NCBI GenBank assembly: GCA_041665365.1
Contig: JBAYIY010000003.1
Coordinates: forward strand, 4,260-68,259
DNA from: Patescibacteria group bacterium
GTDB lineage: Bacteria; Patescibacteriota; Patescibacteriia; UBA9570
DNA: 64,000 nucleotides
Direction of reading: 5' to 3'
Shown here: positions 19,565-28,192 of the stretch, piece after piece
How the letters are laid out: every line of letters begins with the position of its first letter
How positions within the stretch are numbered: the first letter of the stretch is position 1
Position numbers and translations under genes: made by a program
Notes under the pieces: model-generated
What the model saw: only the letters and a program-made list of their open reading frames with translations
Databases searched by the model: none
Told to the model about the DNA's origin: nothing

Positions 19565-21466
19565 ATGTCGGAGTTTGAAAAACAAATATTTGCTAATGCC
19601 AACCAGGATTACGACGCCGCCTTTGCCAAATTATTTGGGGCGTATTGCCATGATGTTTTTCGAGTCGCTGTGGCAGCCTCATACTATTCAGTTGATCCAG
19701 CTATTGATTTAACGCGGGAAGTGTTTGCTGAGGCCTATAAATATATCCATGCTTTTTCACCACAACAGGGTAGTTTTCATTTACATCTCATGATGGTTTT
19801 GGTGAAAGTTTTACGCAAGCGATCCACCCCTGTCCCGTCCACTCACGAAATCATACCGAAATATTTAAAACACAGATTACGGCCAGATGCCGCTCGACTG
19901 TGGTATGCCATTCAGCATTTACCGTTTGATCTCTGGTTGGTATGTGAACTATTTTATGGTGGACATTTTACACCTCCAGAAATAGCTTATATTTTAAATC
20001 AACCAGTTAGTCAAATACAAACTTTACTAGGCCAAGTACATCATTATTTACGCCAAGTAACGCCGACTTATCATGAACATTTGATAAAAATATATAAACG
20101 GCGCAACCGATTTGCTGTGTTAAAACCAAATCAACAAGTCCGTTTGATGCGTTTGCTCTTAGAACGAAAGCGCATGCGAATGACTTTTATTCAACGCAGT
20201 GTTTGGCAACGCTTAGCTCGACCGAGAAATATATTAATTTTAGCAATAACTGGTGGATTAATCGGTGCAATGATTGTAGCTCTATTATATCGTGAGCCGG
20301 CTCGACAATTATTTACGCAAAATAATTTACCAACTACAAACCAAGTATCCAGTCTATTTACTAGTGTAGTAACAGATCGTCGACCCAGTTTCTTATATAA
20401 GTCAGGTGACTTACCAAAAGTTGAGGTTGTGCGTGAATCATTAGTAACCGTTACTGAAAAATTATATGGTACCAAATATGTTAGTGATCAAACTCAGCCA
20501 ACTGATGCTGATGGTTTAACACCGCAGTTTAGTTTTGCTTTCGCTGAGGATAAATATATCCAGGTTAGTACGGCTTATACTTACATGGTGCCCGAAAAAT
20601 TATCTGAAGATACGTTGCAATATGCGGCCTTAAAACATTTTGTTTCGCTCCCATTGAATCAATTTACTTATGTGAACGGTACATATTATATCCCGGAAGA
20701 TCCTACTCAATTTCGGCCGTTATTTATCTCCTTTAATAATAACGGTGCAATTGATTATCAAATGCGACAAGTCGCGATTTGTGATTTACCCAATTTAACT
20801 GAACCAATTGCTGATACGCAAGCGCAATCATTTGGCTATGAGTTTTTAAAAGCTCATAAATTTATTGAAGCCGATGAAGCTGATTTAGAGATTGAACGAA
20901 TGAGTAGTGAAAATCGTACTGTACCACTCGATGCCTTTTGTAAAAATGGTGATACCAAACCCGTGCAAGATCGTTTATTAGTGTATTTTACTCCACAAAC
21001 CTCATTGAAATTTGGCACAGCAGCGAATGATCAATTACCACTGCGGTTGCCCGGTGTGGCGGTGCAATTACATGGTAAACATATTACTAATCTACGGGTC
21101 GATCCATTATTTTTACTTTTACAATCAGCGGTGCGCGGTTCAGACGTGACCTTGAAACCCCTCAGTCAAGCGATGACAGAGTTACAGAAATATCACTATC
21201 CCAATGAAGCGGAGCTAGGTGAAGCACAGCGTCATGCTACAGTCTTTCCACAATGGAATCATAGTCACGGGTCAGATCGATTTACGCAAATGGCTGTGAG
21301 CACAGTGGCCTTAGAATATGTTTATGATGAACTCAATCACACCATCGAACCTTATTATATTTTTACTGGTATGGGTACTGATGGTAATGGTAAAACTATT
21401 TCAGCACGGTGGTATGTGACAGCTTCTACAACTGATGTTGAATTAAGGGGACCGTACAGGGAATAG
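19565..21466 (+). CDS. membrane-anchored protein with N-terminal sigma-70/ECF-like domain and ~370-aa C-terminal extracytoplasmic domain
   Basis: Sigma region-2/region-4-like segments (..DLTREVFAEAYKYIHAF..; ..LWLVCELFYGGHFTPPEIAYILNQPVSQIQTLLGQ..), then one TM helix (ILILAITGGLIGAMIVALLY) and a large C-terminal domain. Confidence 0.4.
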   Translation: MSEFEKQIFANANQDYDAAFAKLFGAYCHDVFRVAVAASYYSVDPAIDLTREVFAEAYKYIHAFSPQQGSFHLHLMMVLVKVLRKRSTPVPSTHEIIPKYLKHRLRPDAARLWYAIQHLPFDLWLVCELFYGGHFTPPEIAYILNQPVSQIQTLLGQVHHYLRQVTPTYHEHLIKIYKRRNRFAVLKPNQQVRLMRLLLERKRMRMTFIQRSVWQRLARPRNILILAITGGLIGAMIVALLYREPARQLFTQNNLPTTNQVSSLFTSVVTDRRPSFLYKSGDLPKVEVVRESLVTVTEKLYGTKYVSDQTQPTDADGLTPQFSFAFAEDKYIQVSTAYTYMVPEKLSEDTLQYAALKHFVSLPLNQFTYVNGTYYIPEDPTQFRPLFISFNNNGAIDYQMRQVAICDLPNLTEPIADTQAQSFGYEFLKAHKFIEADEADLEIERMSSENRTVPLDAFCKNGDTKPVQDRLLVYFTPQTSLKFGTAANDQLPLRLPGVAVQLHGKHITNLRVDPLFLLLQSAVRGSDVTLKPLSQAMTELQKYHYPNEAELGEAQRHATVFPQWNHSHGSDRFTQMAVSTVALEYVYDELNHTIEPYYIFTGMGTDGNGKTISARWYVTASTTDVELRGPYRE

Positions 21467-21471
21467 AAACA

Positions 21472-21585
21472 TTCCGGAGTTTACCCACTCACTGGAATGT
21501 ACCCCCTAGCCCCCTTGCAGGGGGAACAAGATTTTTTCTCACACTTTTTCTTAGCCCCCTGCAAGGGGGTTGGGGGTAAATTCCG
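21472..21585. mobile_element. MITE-like ~100-bp hairpin-rich repeat, copy A (TIRs TTTACCC(C)C/GGGGGTAAA; internal GCCCCCTTGCAGGGGG and GCCCCCTGCAAGGGGG hairpins)
   Basis: About 90% identical to 48769-48872; fills the gap between two convergent stop codons. Confidence 0.6.
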
Positions 21586-21586
21586 T

Positions 21587-22477
21587 TTAAGAGATCAGTT
21601 CTTTCATTGTCTGTTCCCATCTCTTCTGCAATTCTGGTCTTGGATCATAAGTATGAAATTTCAGAATATCATCTGAGAGTACCACAACGCTCGATTCTAT
21701 CGGCCCACTAAGTTGTTTGAGTTGTTTAGGCATGAACCACAGTTGGAGTTTTTTTAATAATCTTTCCCATAACCACAGGCGATCTGGCAGGTGACTAGAA
21801 CCAACTGTGCGATTAGGGTACATTTGATAGGCTGGTGTATTAGGTAAAACTTGTTTGATCCAATCATATTGTAGATTTTTAAACAAATGTTGTGGGTCAT
21901 AAATGGGTAGGAGTTGCGCTAACCAATAGGCCTCTAATAAATCACCATCGTTGTTTCTCAACTGGTCTAGTTTGGTTAAACCAGTTGGTGTGACATAAAA
22001 ACTTAAACATATAGCATCTTTGGTATGATTTGGTTTAGGACGAACATTAAGTAGTTTGGCTAATAAAGTTGTATAAAATCTGGTTGACCAGATATGATCA
22101 GGAGCAGTGACAATCAGGATATCAACATCACTATTACATTGTACATTGTGATAGGCTAATGTGTTTACTAAAGCCATGGCTCTAACGCCGGGCAACATGG
22201 TTAACCAACCTAATAAGCGGCGGCGTTTATTCCATTTTCGTTCAGATTCTTGGTAACGTTGTTGTCGTATAACACTTAAATTTTCACGCCCCTGAAACAT
22301 AACAAAACCACCGTGTTCTATTAATTGTGGTAGTTGTTTGGCTACAGTCATCGTTTCACTTAATGAAGTTTGAGGTGACCGCCATAAATAGCGATAAATT
22401 TCTGGATAGGTGAGGGGAAAATCAAATGAATCAAAATACACTAGTGTTGCCAGAATCGATTGTTGTAGTGGTGTCAT
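21587..22477 (-). CDS. hypothetical protein, possible nucleotidyltransferase fold
   Basis: Weak: ..NSDVDILIV.. is a Dx(D/E)-like motif preceded by a putative wHTH; assignment is tentative. Confidence 0.3.
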   Translation of the reverse strand: MTPLQQSILATLVYFDSFDFPLTYPEIYRYLWRSPQTSLSETMTVAKQLPQLIEHGGFVMFQGRENLSVIRQQRYQESERKWNKRRRLLGWLTMLPGVRAMALVNTLAYHNVQCNSDVDILIVTAPDHIWSTRFYTTLLAKLLNVRPKPNHTKDAICLSFYVTPTGLTKLDQLRNNDGDLLEAYWLAQLLPIYDPQHLFKNLQYDWIKQVLPNTPAYQMYPNRTVGSSHLPDRLWLWERLLKKLQLWFMPKQLKQLSGPIESSVVVLSDDILKFHTYDPRPELQKRWEQTMKELIS

Positions 22478-25302
22478 AAGCGCCGTAAAAACTGCGCGGT
22501 GTAGGAGTTCTTTACCAGTTTCACTTGTTCTGGAGTACCTTCAGCAATAATTTCGCCACCACCATCACCACCCTCGGGGCCTAAATCTATCAACCAATCA
22601 GAACATTTTATAACATCTAAATTATGTTCGATAATCAATACACTGTTACCTTTATCAACTAACTTATGTAACACACTAAGTAATCTTTTGACATCGGCAA
22701 AGTGTAAACCAGTGGTTGGTTCATCTAGAATGTATAAAGTTTTACCAGTGGCGCGGCGTGATAATTCTGTGGCCAGCTTAATTCTTTGGGCTTCACCACC
22801 AGATAGGGTTGTAGCATTTTGTCCGAGTTGAATATAACCCAAACCGACATCTAATAAGGTATGTAATTTTTCATGAATCGCTGGAATATGAGTAAAAAAC
22901 TGGACAGCCTCTTCAACCGTCATTTCCAAAACATCAGCGATCGTTTTACCTTTATAGTGAATTTCTAAAGCCTGTAAATTGTATCTTTTACCCTGACATT
23001 CATCGCACTTTACATAAACATCTGGTAATAATTGCATAGCAATGCATTGGACACCATCACCTTCACACGCCTCGCACCGGCCACCCTTCACATTAAAAGA
23101 GAACCGGCCAGCTTTATAACCGCGCATTTTGGCCTCTGGTACTTGCGTGAATAAATCACGAATGGCAGTAAAGACCCCGGTGTAGGTGGCGGCATTAGAA
23201 CGTGGGGTTCGACCAATGGGGGATTGATCAATATGAATGACTTTATCGAGATGTTCCAAGCCGGTTATTTCACGATGTTTACCGGGATGATCTTTGGCAT
23301 TAAAAAAATGTTGCGCCAGTGCTTTGGCGAGAATATCGATCATGAGTGTAGATTTACCTGAACCAGATACGCCGGTGATACACACTAATTTTCCTAATGG
23401 AATAGACACATCAATATTTTTTAAATTAAATTCTTGCGCCCCAAAAATTTTAATGGCCTTACCGTTGCCTGAGCGATATTTTTTAGGTGGAGAGATTGTC
23501 TCTTTGCCAGATAAATACAAACCAGTCAGAGAATGTTTATTTTTCTTAATGACGGTCGGTGTACCTTCCGCGACAACTTCACCACCATGGCTACCGGCGC
23601 CTGGGCCAATATCAATCACATGATCAGCGGCTTCAATGGTGTCGGCATCATGTTCGACCACAATTACGGTGTTACCTAAATCACGCAAGGTTTTTAAAGT
23701 AGCAATCAAACGAGCGTTATCACGTTGGTGCAAACCAATTGACGGTTCATCTAGTATATAAATCACCCCCATGAGGGCTGAACCAATTTGGGTGGCTAAC
23801 CGAATGCGTTGGGCTTCACCGCCAGACAAGGTGGCAGCGGCGCGATCTAAAGTTAGGTAATCTAAACCGACATTATGTAAAAACTCTATCCGTTCTTTAA
23901 CTTCTTTCACAATGGGGGAAGCAATTTTTTGTTCGCGTTGCGTTAATTCATAACTGGAAAAAGTTGTACGCAATTGGCTAATACTTAAGGCACACAAACT
24001 AGCAATATCAGCAGCATGAATGGTAACTCCGAGTACGGCTGGTTTTAATCTTTTGCCAGAACAGGTTGGACACAGTGAGATGCGCATGTACCGTTCGATT
24101 TCACCGCGCATGTAATCAGATTCAGTTTCTTTGTAGCGGCGTTCTAAATTCGGAATGACACCTTCATAGGAGGTATAAAAACCTTTAACTTTACCAGGTG
24201 CATAAGGGGCATTGATATCATAACTATTATCTCCAGAACCAAATAACACGGTTTGCAGAGCAGCGGCTGATAAATCTTTCACTGGATCATGAATCGAAAA
24301 ACCTTGGGCTTGTGCCACGGTTTCTAAAATACGCATCATCCAGGTTTGATTAGCCGAGGTGCGTGACCACGGGCGAATGGCTCCTTCGGAAATAGATAAG
24401 CGTTTATTTGGAATAATCAAATCAGGATCCACTTCAAGTTTGGTGCCTAAACCGGTACATTCTGGGCAAGCGCCATGGGGGCTATTAAACGAAAAATTAC
24501 GCGGTTCCAGTTCTTCCATATTAAAACCACAGTTGGGGCAAGCGAACCGTTCGGAAAATATTTGATCACGTTCAACTGTGGTATCGTGAATAATCACTAA
24601 GCCGTTTCCTAAATCTAAGGCCGTTTCCAAAGATTCAGCGAGGCGTTCTTTATCCAAGTCTGCCGTGATGGTGAGGCGATCAATCACAATATCAATAGCG
24701 TGTTTTTTCTTTTTATCTAAAGTCATGTCTTCAGCTTCTTCAATCGGAAGCATCAGACCATCAATTCGTAAGCGGCTGTAACCAGATTTTTTGGCTGTGT
24801 CTATGACATTACGGTGTTCACCTTTTTTATCACGAATCACCGGAGCTACGATCATTACTTTGTGATCGATTGGTAAATGAGTGACCGCTTCAATAATTTG
24901 TTTAACCGTTTGTTTACAAACCACTGTGCCATCATTTGGGCAATGGGGGATACCGATACGGGCATAGAGTAAGCGCAGATAATCATAGATTTCAGTGACT
25001 GTGCCAACGGTGGAACGGGGATTGTGTGACGTAGTTTTTTGATCAATTGAGATGGCCGGTGACAAACCAGAAATTTGATCAACGTCTGGTTTATCCATTA
25101 AACCCAAAAACTGGCGCGCATAGGCTGATAAGCTTTCCACATAACGGCGTTGCCCCTCAGCGTAAATAGTATCAAACGCCAAAGATGATTTTCCTGAGCC
25201 GGATAATCCGGTAATCACCACCAATTGATTACGCGGAATATCAACAGAAATATTTTTTAAATTGTGTACCCGCGCTCCCCGGATAGAGATGAAATTATCC
25301 AT
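22474..25302 (-). CDS. uvrA: excinuclease ABC subunit A
   Basis: Two ABC ATPase modules (GLSGSGKSS, GVSGSGKST) and zinc-finger Cys clusters; start chosen at MDNFISIRGA. Confidence 0.95.
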   Translation of the reverse strand: MDNFISIRGARVHNLKNISVDIPRNQLVVITGLSGSGKSSLAFDTIYAEGQRRYVESLSAYARQFLGLMDKPDVDQISGLSPAISIDQKTTSHNPRSTVGTVTEIYDYLRLLYARIGIPHCPNDGTVVCKQTVKQIIEAVTHLPIDHKVMIVAPVIRDKKGEHRNVIDTAKKSGYSRLRIDGLMLPIEEAEDMTLDKKKKHAIDIVIDRLTITADLDKERLAESLETALDLGNGLVIIHDTTVERDQIFSERFACPNCGFNMEELEPRNFSFNSPHGACPECTGLGTKLEVDPDLIIPNKRLSISEGAIRPWSRTSANQTWMMRILETVAQAQGFSIHDPVKDLSAAALQTVLFGSGDNSYDINAPYAPGKVKGFYTSYEGVIPNLERRYKETESDYMRGEIERYMRISLCPTCSGKRLKPAVLGVTIHAADIASLCALSISQLRTTFSSYELTQREQKIASPIVKEVKERIEFLHNVGLDYLTLDRAAATLSGGEAQRIRLATQIGSALMGVIYILDEPSIGLHQRDNARLIATLKTLRDLGNTVIVVEHDADTIEAADHVIDIGPGAGSHGGEVVAEGTPTVIKKNKHSLTGLYLSGKETISPPKKYRSGNGKAIKIFGAQEFNLKNIDVSIPLGKLVCITGVSGSGKSTLMIDILAKALAQHFFNAKDHPGKHREITGLEHLDKVIHIDQSPIGRTPRSNAATYTGVFTAIRDLFTQVPEAKMRGYKAGRFSFNVKGGRCEACEGDGVQCIAMQLLPDVYVKCDECQGKRYNLQALEIHYKGKTIADVLEMTVEEAVQFFTHIPAIHEKLHTLLDVGLGYIQLGQNATTLSGGEAQRIKLATELSRRATGKTLYILDEPTTGLHFADVKRLLSVLHKLVDKGNSVLIIEHNLDVIKCSDWLIDLGPEGGDGGGEIIAEGTPEQVKLVKNSYTAQFLRRL

Positions 25303-25346
25303 ATGAATCGCGAGTAGTATACGCCCGTGATATACTATGGTCAAGC

Positions 25347-26528
25347 ATGCGCACTGTTATAGCTCAACAATTAAAGACTTTACCCAAACAACCGGGTGTA
25401 TATTTGTTCAAAAACCGGTTTGGTAATGTTCTGTATGTCGGCAAAGCCAAAGTTTTACAACAACGGGTGCGGTCATATTTTCGCGCACAGACCGACTTAT
25501 CTGATTTAAAGTTATTAATGATTCCACAGATTGATGTGATTGATACCATTCCGGTAGCGACAGAGACGGACGCGATTGTTTTAGAAGACCAACTGATTAA
25601 AGATTATCAGCCACGCTTTAATACTTTAGCCAAAGACGATAAAAGTTTTTTATATATTCATATTACCGCCGAAACTACTCCGCGTATCCTGGCCGTCCGG
25701 CGGCCAGATTTAGCGAGTGGAGGAATTTTTTACGGACCATATCCGTATGCAAAAAATATCCGATCGCTGTTACTTTTAATACATAAAATTTTCCCGGATA
25801 CTCAACAAATCGATCGGGTGATTGCCTTGTTAGAGGGTAAATTGTCTAACTTAATTCCAGACTTACAGACCGCCATGCAGCAGGCAGCGCGCCAAAAACA
25901 CTTTGAACGAGCCGCCCATTTACGCGATCAAATCCGAGCTGTGCAACAATTAAAAATGTTACGCAAAACACCGCGCCAATACTTGTTAGAAAGAATGCAA
26001 ACTACATCTTTGGATATAATGATCGGCCTGAAGGAATTATCACACGCCTTACATTTACCAGAATCTTTGCACCGCATTGAAGTGTATGACATCTCGCACC
26101 ACCAGGGGCGATATATGGTTGGTTCGATGATTGTGTTTATTGATGGCTTACCGGATAAAGCCGAGTATCGTCGATTTAAAATTAAAAGTGTGTTAACCGG
26201 TCAATCGGATGATTTTAAAAGTTTACGGGAAGTGGTGCAGCGCAGATTAAAACGTGATTGGTCATTACCGGATTTGGCGATTATGGACGGCGGTAAGGGG
26301 CAACTTAGTGCGGTGGCACCATTGTGGCAATTAGCCGGAGTGCCAGTAGCAGCTTTAGCCAAAAAACGGGAAGAATTATTTTTACCCGGTATACCTTTGC
26401 CGGTATTATTATCAGCCGGGAGTCAGGGTTTATTTTTAGTACAAAGAATGCGCGATGAAGCGCACCGGTTTGCGATTAGTTATTATCGTTTATTGCACAG
26501 CCGGGCTATGCGCCAGGCAGGGAAATAA
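25347..26528 (+). CDS. uvrC: UvrC-like excinuclease subunit, short form (GIY-YIG plus RNase H-like endonuclease domain; no C-terminal (HhH)2)
   Basis: GIY-YIG motif (GVYLFKNRFGNVLYVGKAKVLQQRVRSYF) and C-terminal UvrC endonuclease motifs; 393 aa; divergent from uvrA. Confidence 0.7.
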   Translation: MRTVIAQQLKTLPKQPGVYLFKNRFGNVLYVGKAKVLQQRVRSYFRAQTDLSDLKLLMIPQIDVIDTIPVATETDAIVLEDQLIKDYQPRFNTLAKDDKSFLYIHITAETTPRILAVRRPDLASGGIFYGPYPYAKNIRSLLLLIHKIFPDTQQIDRVIALLEGKLSNLIPDLQTAMQQAARQKHFERAAHLRDQIRAVQQLKMLRKTPRQYLLERMQTTSLDIMIGLKELSHALHLPESLHRIEVYDISHHQGRYMVGSMIVFIDGLPDKAEYRRFKIKSVLTGQSDDFKSLREVVQRRLKRDWSLPDLAIMDGGKGQLSAVAPLWQLAGVPVAALAKKREELFLPGIPLPVLLSAGSQGLFLVQRMRDEAHRFAISYYRLLHSRAMRQAGK

Positions 26529-27249
26529 TATCCTCAGCGGTCGCGCCGATCATGAGTAATTCAGCATCAGTGACAGTTAATTCTTCAGTACCAGATCGAA
26601 TAACTATACCATTACCAGTGTTAGACCGGAGGATAGTGGGTTGCTTATTTAATAAAGGTTGAACGGCGGGTAAAGCTGATAATTTTGTCATTAAACCAGA
26701 GGCTGGTTTTTGTAGAGGCAATTCATGAATTGCCTCTACAGGTTGTTGAGTGGGTTCAGGTTGTTCAAATGTGGCTAAAGCTGTTTTAGTGGCTTGAACT
26801 TTCTTTTGCAGATCAGTGAGTTGATCGGCATAGCGTTGGTTAATATGATCCATTTCATCCAACAGACCCTGGCGATCTAACCCACCGGCGGAATAATTAT
26901 CAAAAGCTTTTTTCTCATCGATTTTTTGTAATCTAACCACTTCTTTGAGTTGGGTATTTTGTTTTTGTAAAACCTCTTTTAACTGAGCGATCTGTGCGGT
27001 GTTATCTGGCACAGCGGCCGTTTGACGATCCAGTTCAAACAATTCACGTTCTAGTGCCTGTTGGCGGGTTTCACTACCTTGGATTTTAGAAATCCAATCT
27101 TTCATGTTACCCAAAAGAGTATTCTCTTCTTGTTGTAATTTTTCTAGTTCAGCTTGTACCGCACTCCGGCGATCCGGCGTAGCCGAAACTGGTGTCACAG
27201 GTGGAACTGGTTGTAACTTAACGTTGGGGGATAAAGTTATATCTGGCAT
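26506..27249 (-). CDS. hypothetical coiled-coil protein
   Basis: Heptad-rich central region; contains an in-frame palindrome copy encoding AIHELPL. Confidence 0.4.
   Translation of the reverse strand: MPDITLSPNVKLQPVPPVTPVSATPDRRSAVQAELEKLQQEENTLLGNMKDWISKIQGSETRQQALERELFELDRQTAAVPDNTAQIAQLKEVLQKQNTQLKEVVRLQKIDEKKAFDNYSAGGLDRQGLLDEMDHINQRYADQLTDLQKKVQATKTALATFEQPEPTQQPVEAIHELPLQKPASGLMTKLSALPAVQPLLNKQPTILRSNTGNGIVIRSGTEELTVTDAELLMIGATAEDIISLPGA
26711..26740. repeat. 30-bp perfect palindrome TGTAGAGGCAATTCA|TGAATTGCCTCTACA inside a CDS (IHELPL family, diverged copy)
   Basis: Read from the sequence; differs from the 54484 copy by symmetric compensatory changes. Confidence 0.55.
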
Positions 27250-27259
27250 AATGTTTAGC

Positions 27260-28042
27260 CTACTCTAAAGTGAAGTCCTTTAAAAGGTTACTAACTGTTT
27301 TATCAAAAATCACACTTGATCCAGTTGGGGCATACTGACCAAGAATTGTTACCACGTATTGTTCAGACTGAGCAGTTGTGACGGGGAAATAATGCACTAT
27401 GATGGGATTATGATTGGCGTCATAGGCATGTTGCGTAGCGCCGTTGCGCGCAGCGACAGCCGTAGGGGATGATACCGCAATGGTGCCGTCATAAGTGGGG
27501 GCGGCTTGTTCGAGCCAAGTGGAAAAATCGGCTAAGTCATTTTTTGTCACCGTGATAGTCATAGTAGTAGCATCGATGCCAGTGTGTGTGTAGCGCACGG
27601 AATTGGTGGCTTGATCGGTTAACGTCCAACTGATCGGTAAGGCCAGGGTCATTTCACCAGCCGATGTCAGAACTTGTCTTTTTTCTATTGTGTTCAGCAT
27701 AAATAAACCGCTGTTATCCTTGGCTAAGGCAGACATTTCTAGGAAAGTGGCTTGGGCATAGCCGGCCACAACAATTAACGCCAAGGCGCCAACAAACACA
27801 ATACTATATATATTAATCAGGTTATGTCGCATCGACCAGGTTTTAACTTTATGTTTATGATGGGTCTGGTGTTTGGGTGCTGACGCGGGTGGCTCGGCCG
27901 GCACATGCGGTGACACCTGATAGATGTCTAATGGGCTGACGGCCGACTTTTTTTTACGACTAACACGAGCCCGGGTTTTTTTGGCGGTGGGTGCAATTTT
28001 TTTCTTAGGTGTGGTTTTTTTCTTTGTAGTTTTTCTTTTCAT
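27260..28042 (-). CDS. hypothetical membrane protein with Lys-rich cytoplasmic N-terminus
   Basis: MKRKTTKKKTTPKKK.. basic tail, one TM helix and a C-terminal extracytoplasmic domain. Confidence 0.4.
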   Translation of the reverse strand: MKRKTTKKKTTPKKKIAPTAKKTRARVSRKKKSAVSPLDIYQVSPHVPAEPPASAPKHQTHHKHKVKTWSMRHNLINIYSIVFVGALALIVVAGYAQATFLEMSALAKDNSGLFMLNTIEKRQVLTSAGEMTLALPISWTLTDQATNSVRYTHTGIDATTMTITVTKNDLADFSTWLEQAAPTYDGTIAVSSPTAVAARNGATQHAYDANHNPIIVHYFPVTTAQSEQYVVTILGQYAPTGSSVIFDKTVSNLLKDFTLE

Positions 28043-28090
28043 AGAACAATATGAGAATTGTACAACGGATGTTTTTTTGAGGCAAGGGGG

Positions 28091-28192
28091 AGACCTCTCC
28101 TCCCCAACCCTCCTCTCCTTCGTTAGGAGAGGAGGGAGTAAGAAAGAAAACCCCCTCTCCTTCTGAAGGAGAGGGGCAGGGGGAGAGGTCTC
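28091..28192. repeat. composite nested-hairpin repeat R1 (outer IR GAGACCTCTCC/GGAGAGGTCTC enclosing two hairpins and the AGTAAGAAAGAAAA motif)
   Basis: Related to 53382-53510 (the hairpin CCCCTCTCCTTCTGAAGGAGAGGGG is identical); overlaps the uvrD stop codon. Confidence 0.55.

Noticed and set aside
19345-19578. 77-aa ORF on the plus strand
   Set aside because: It lies antisense across the tRNA-Met gene and its promoter and has no coding features, so it is treated as spurious
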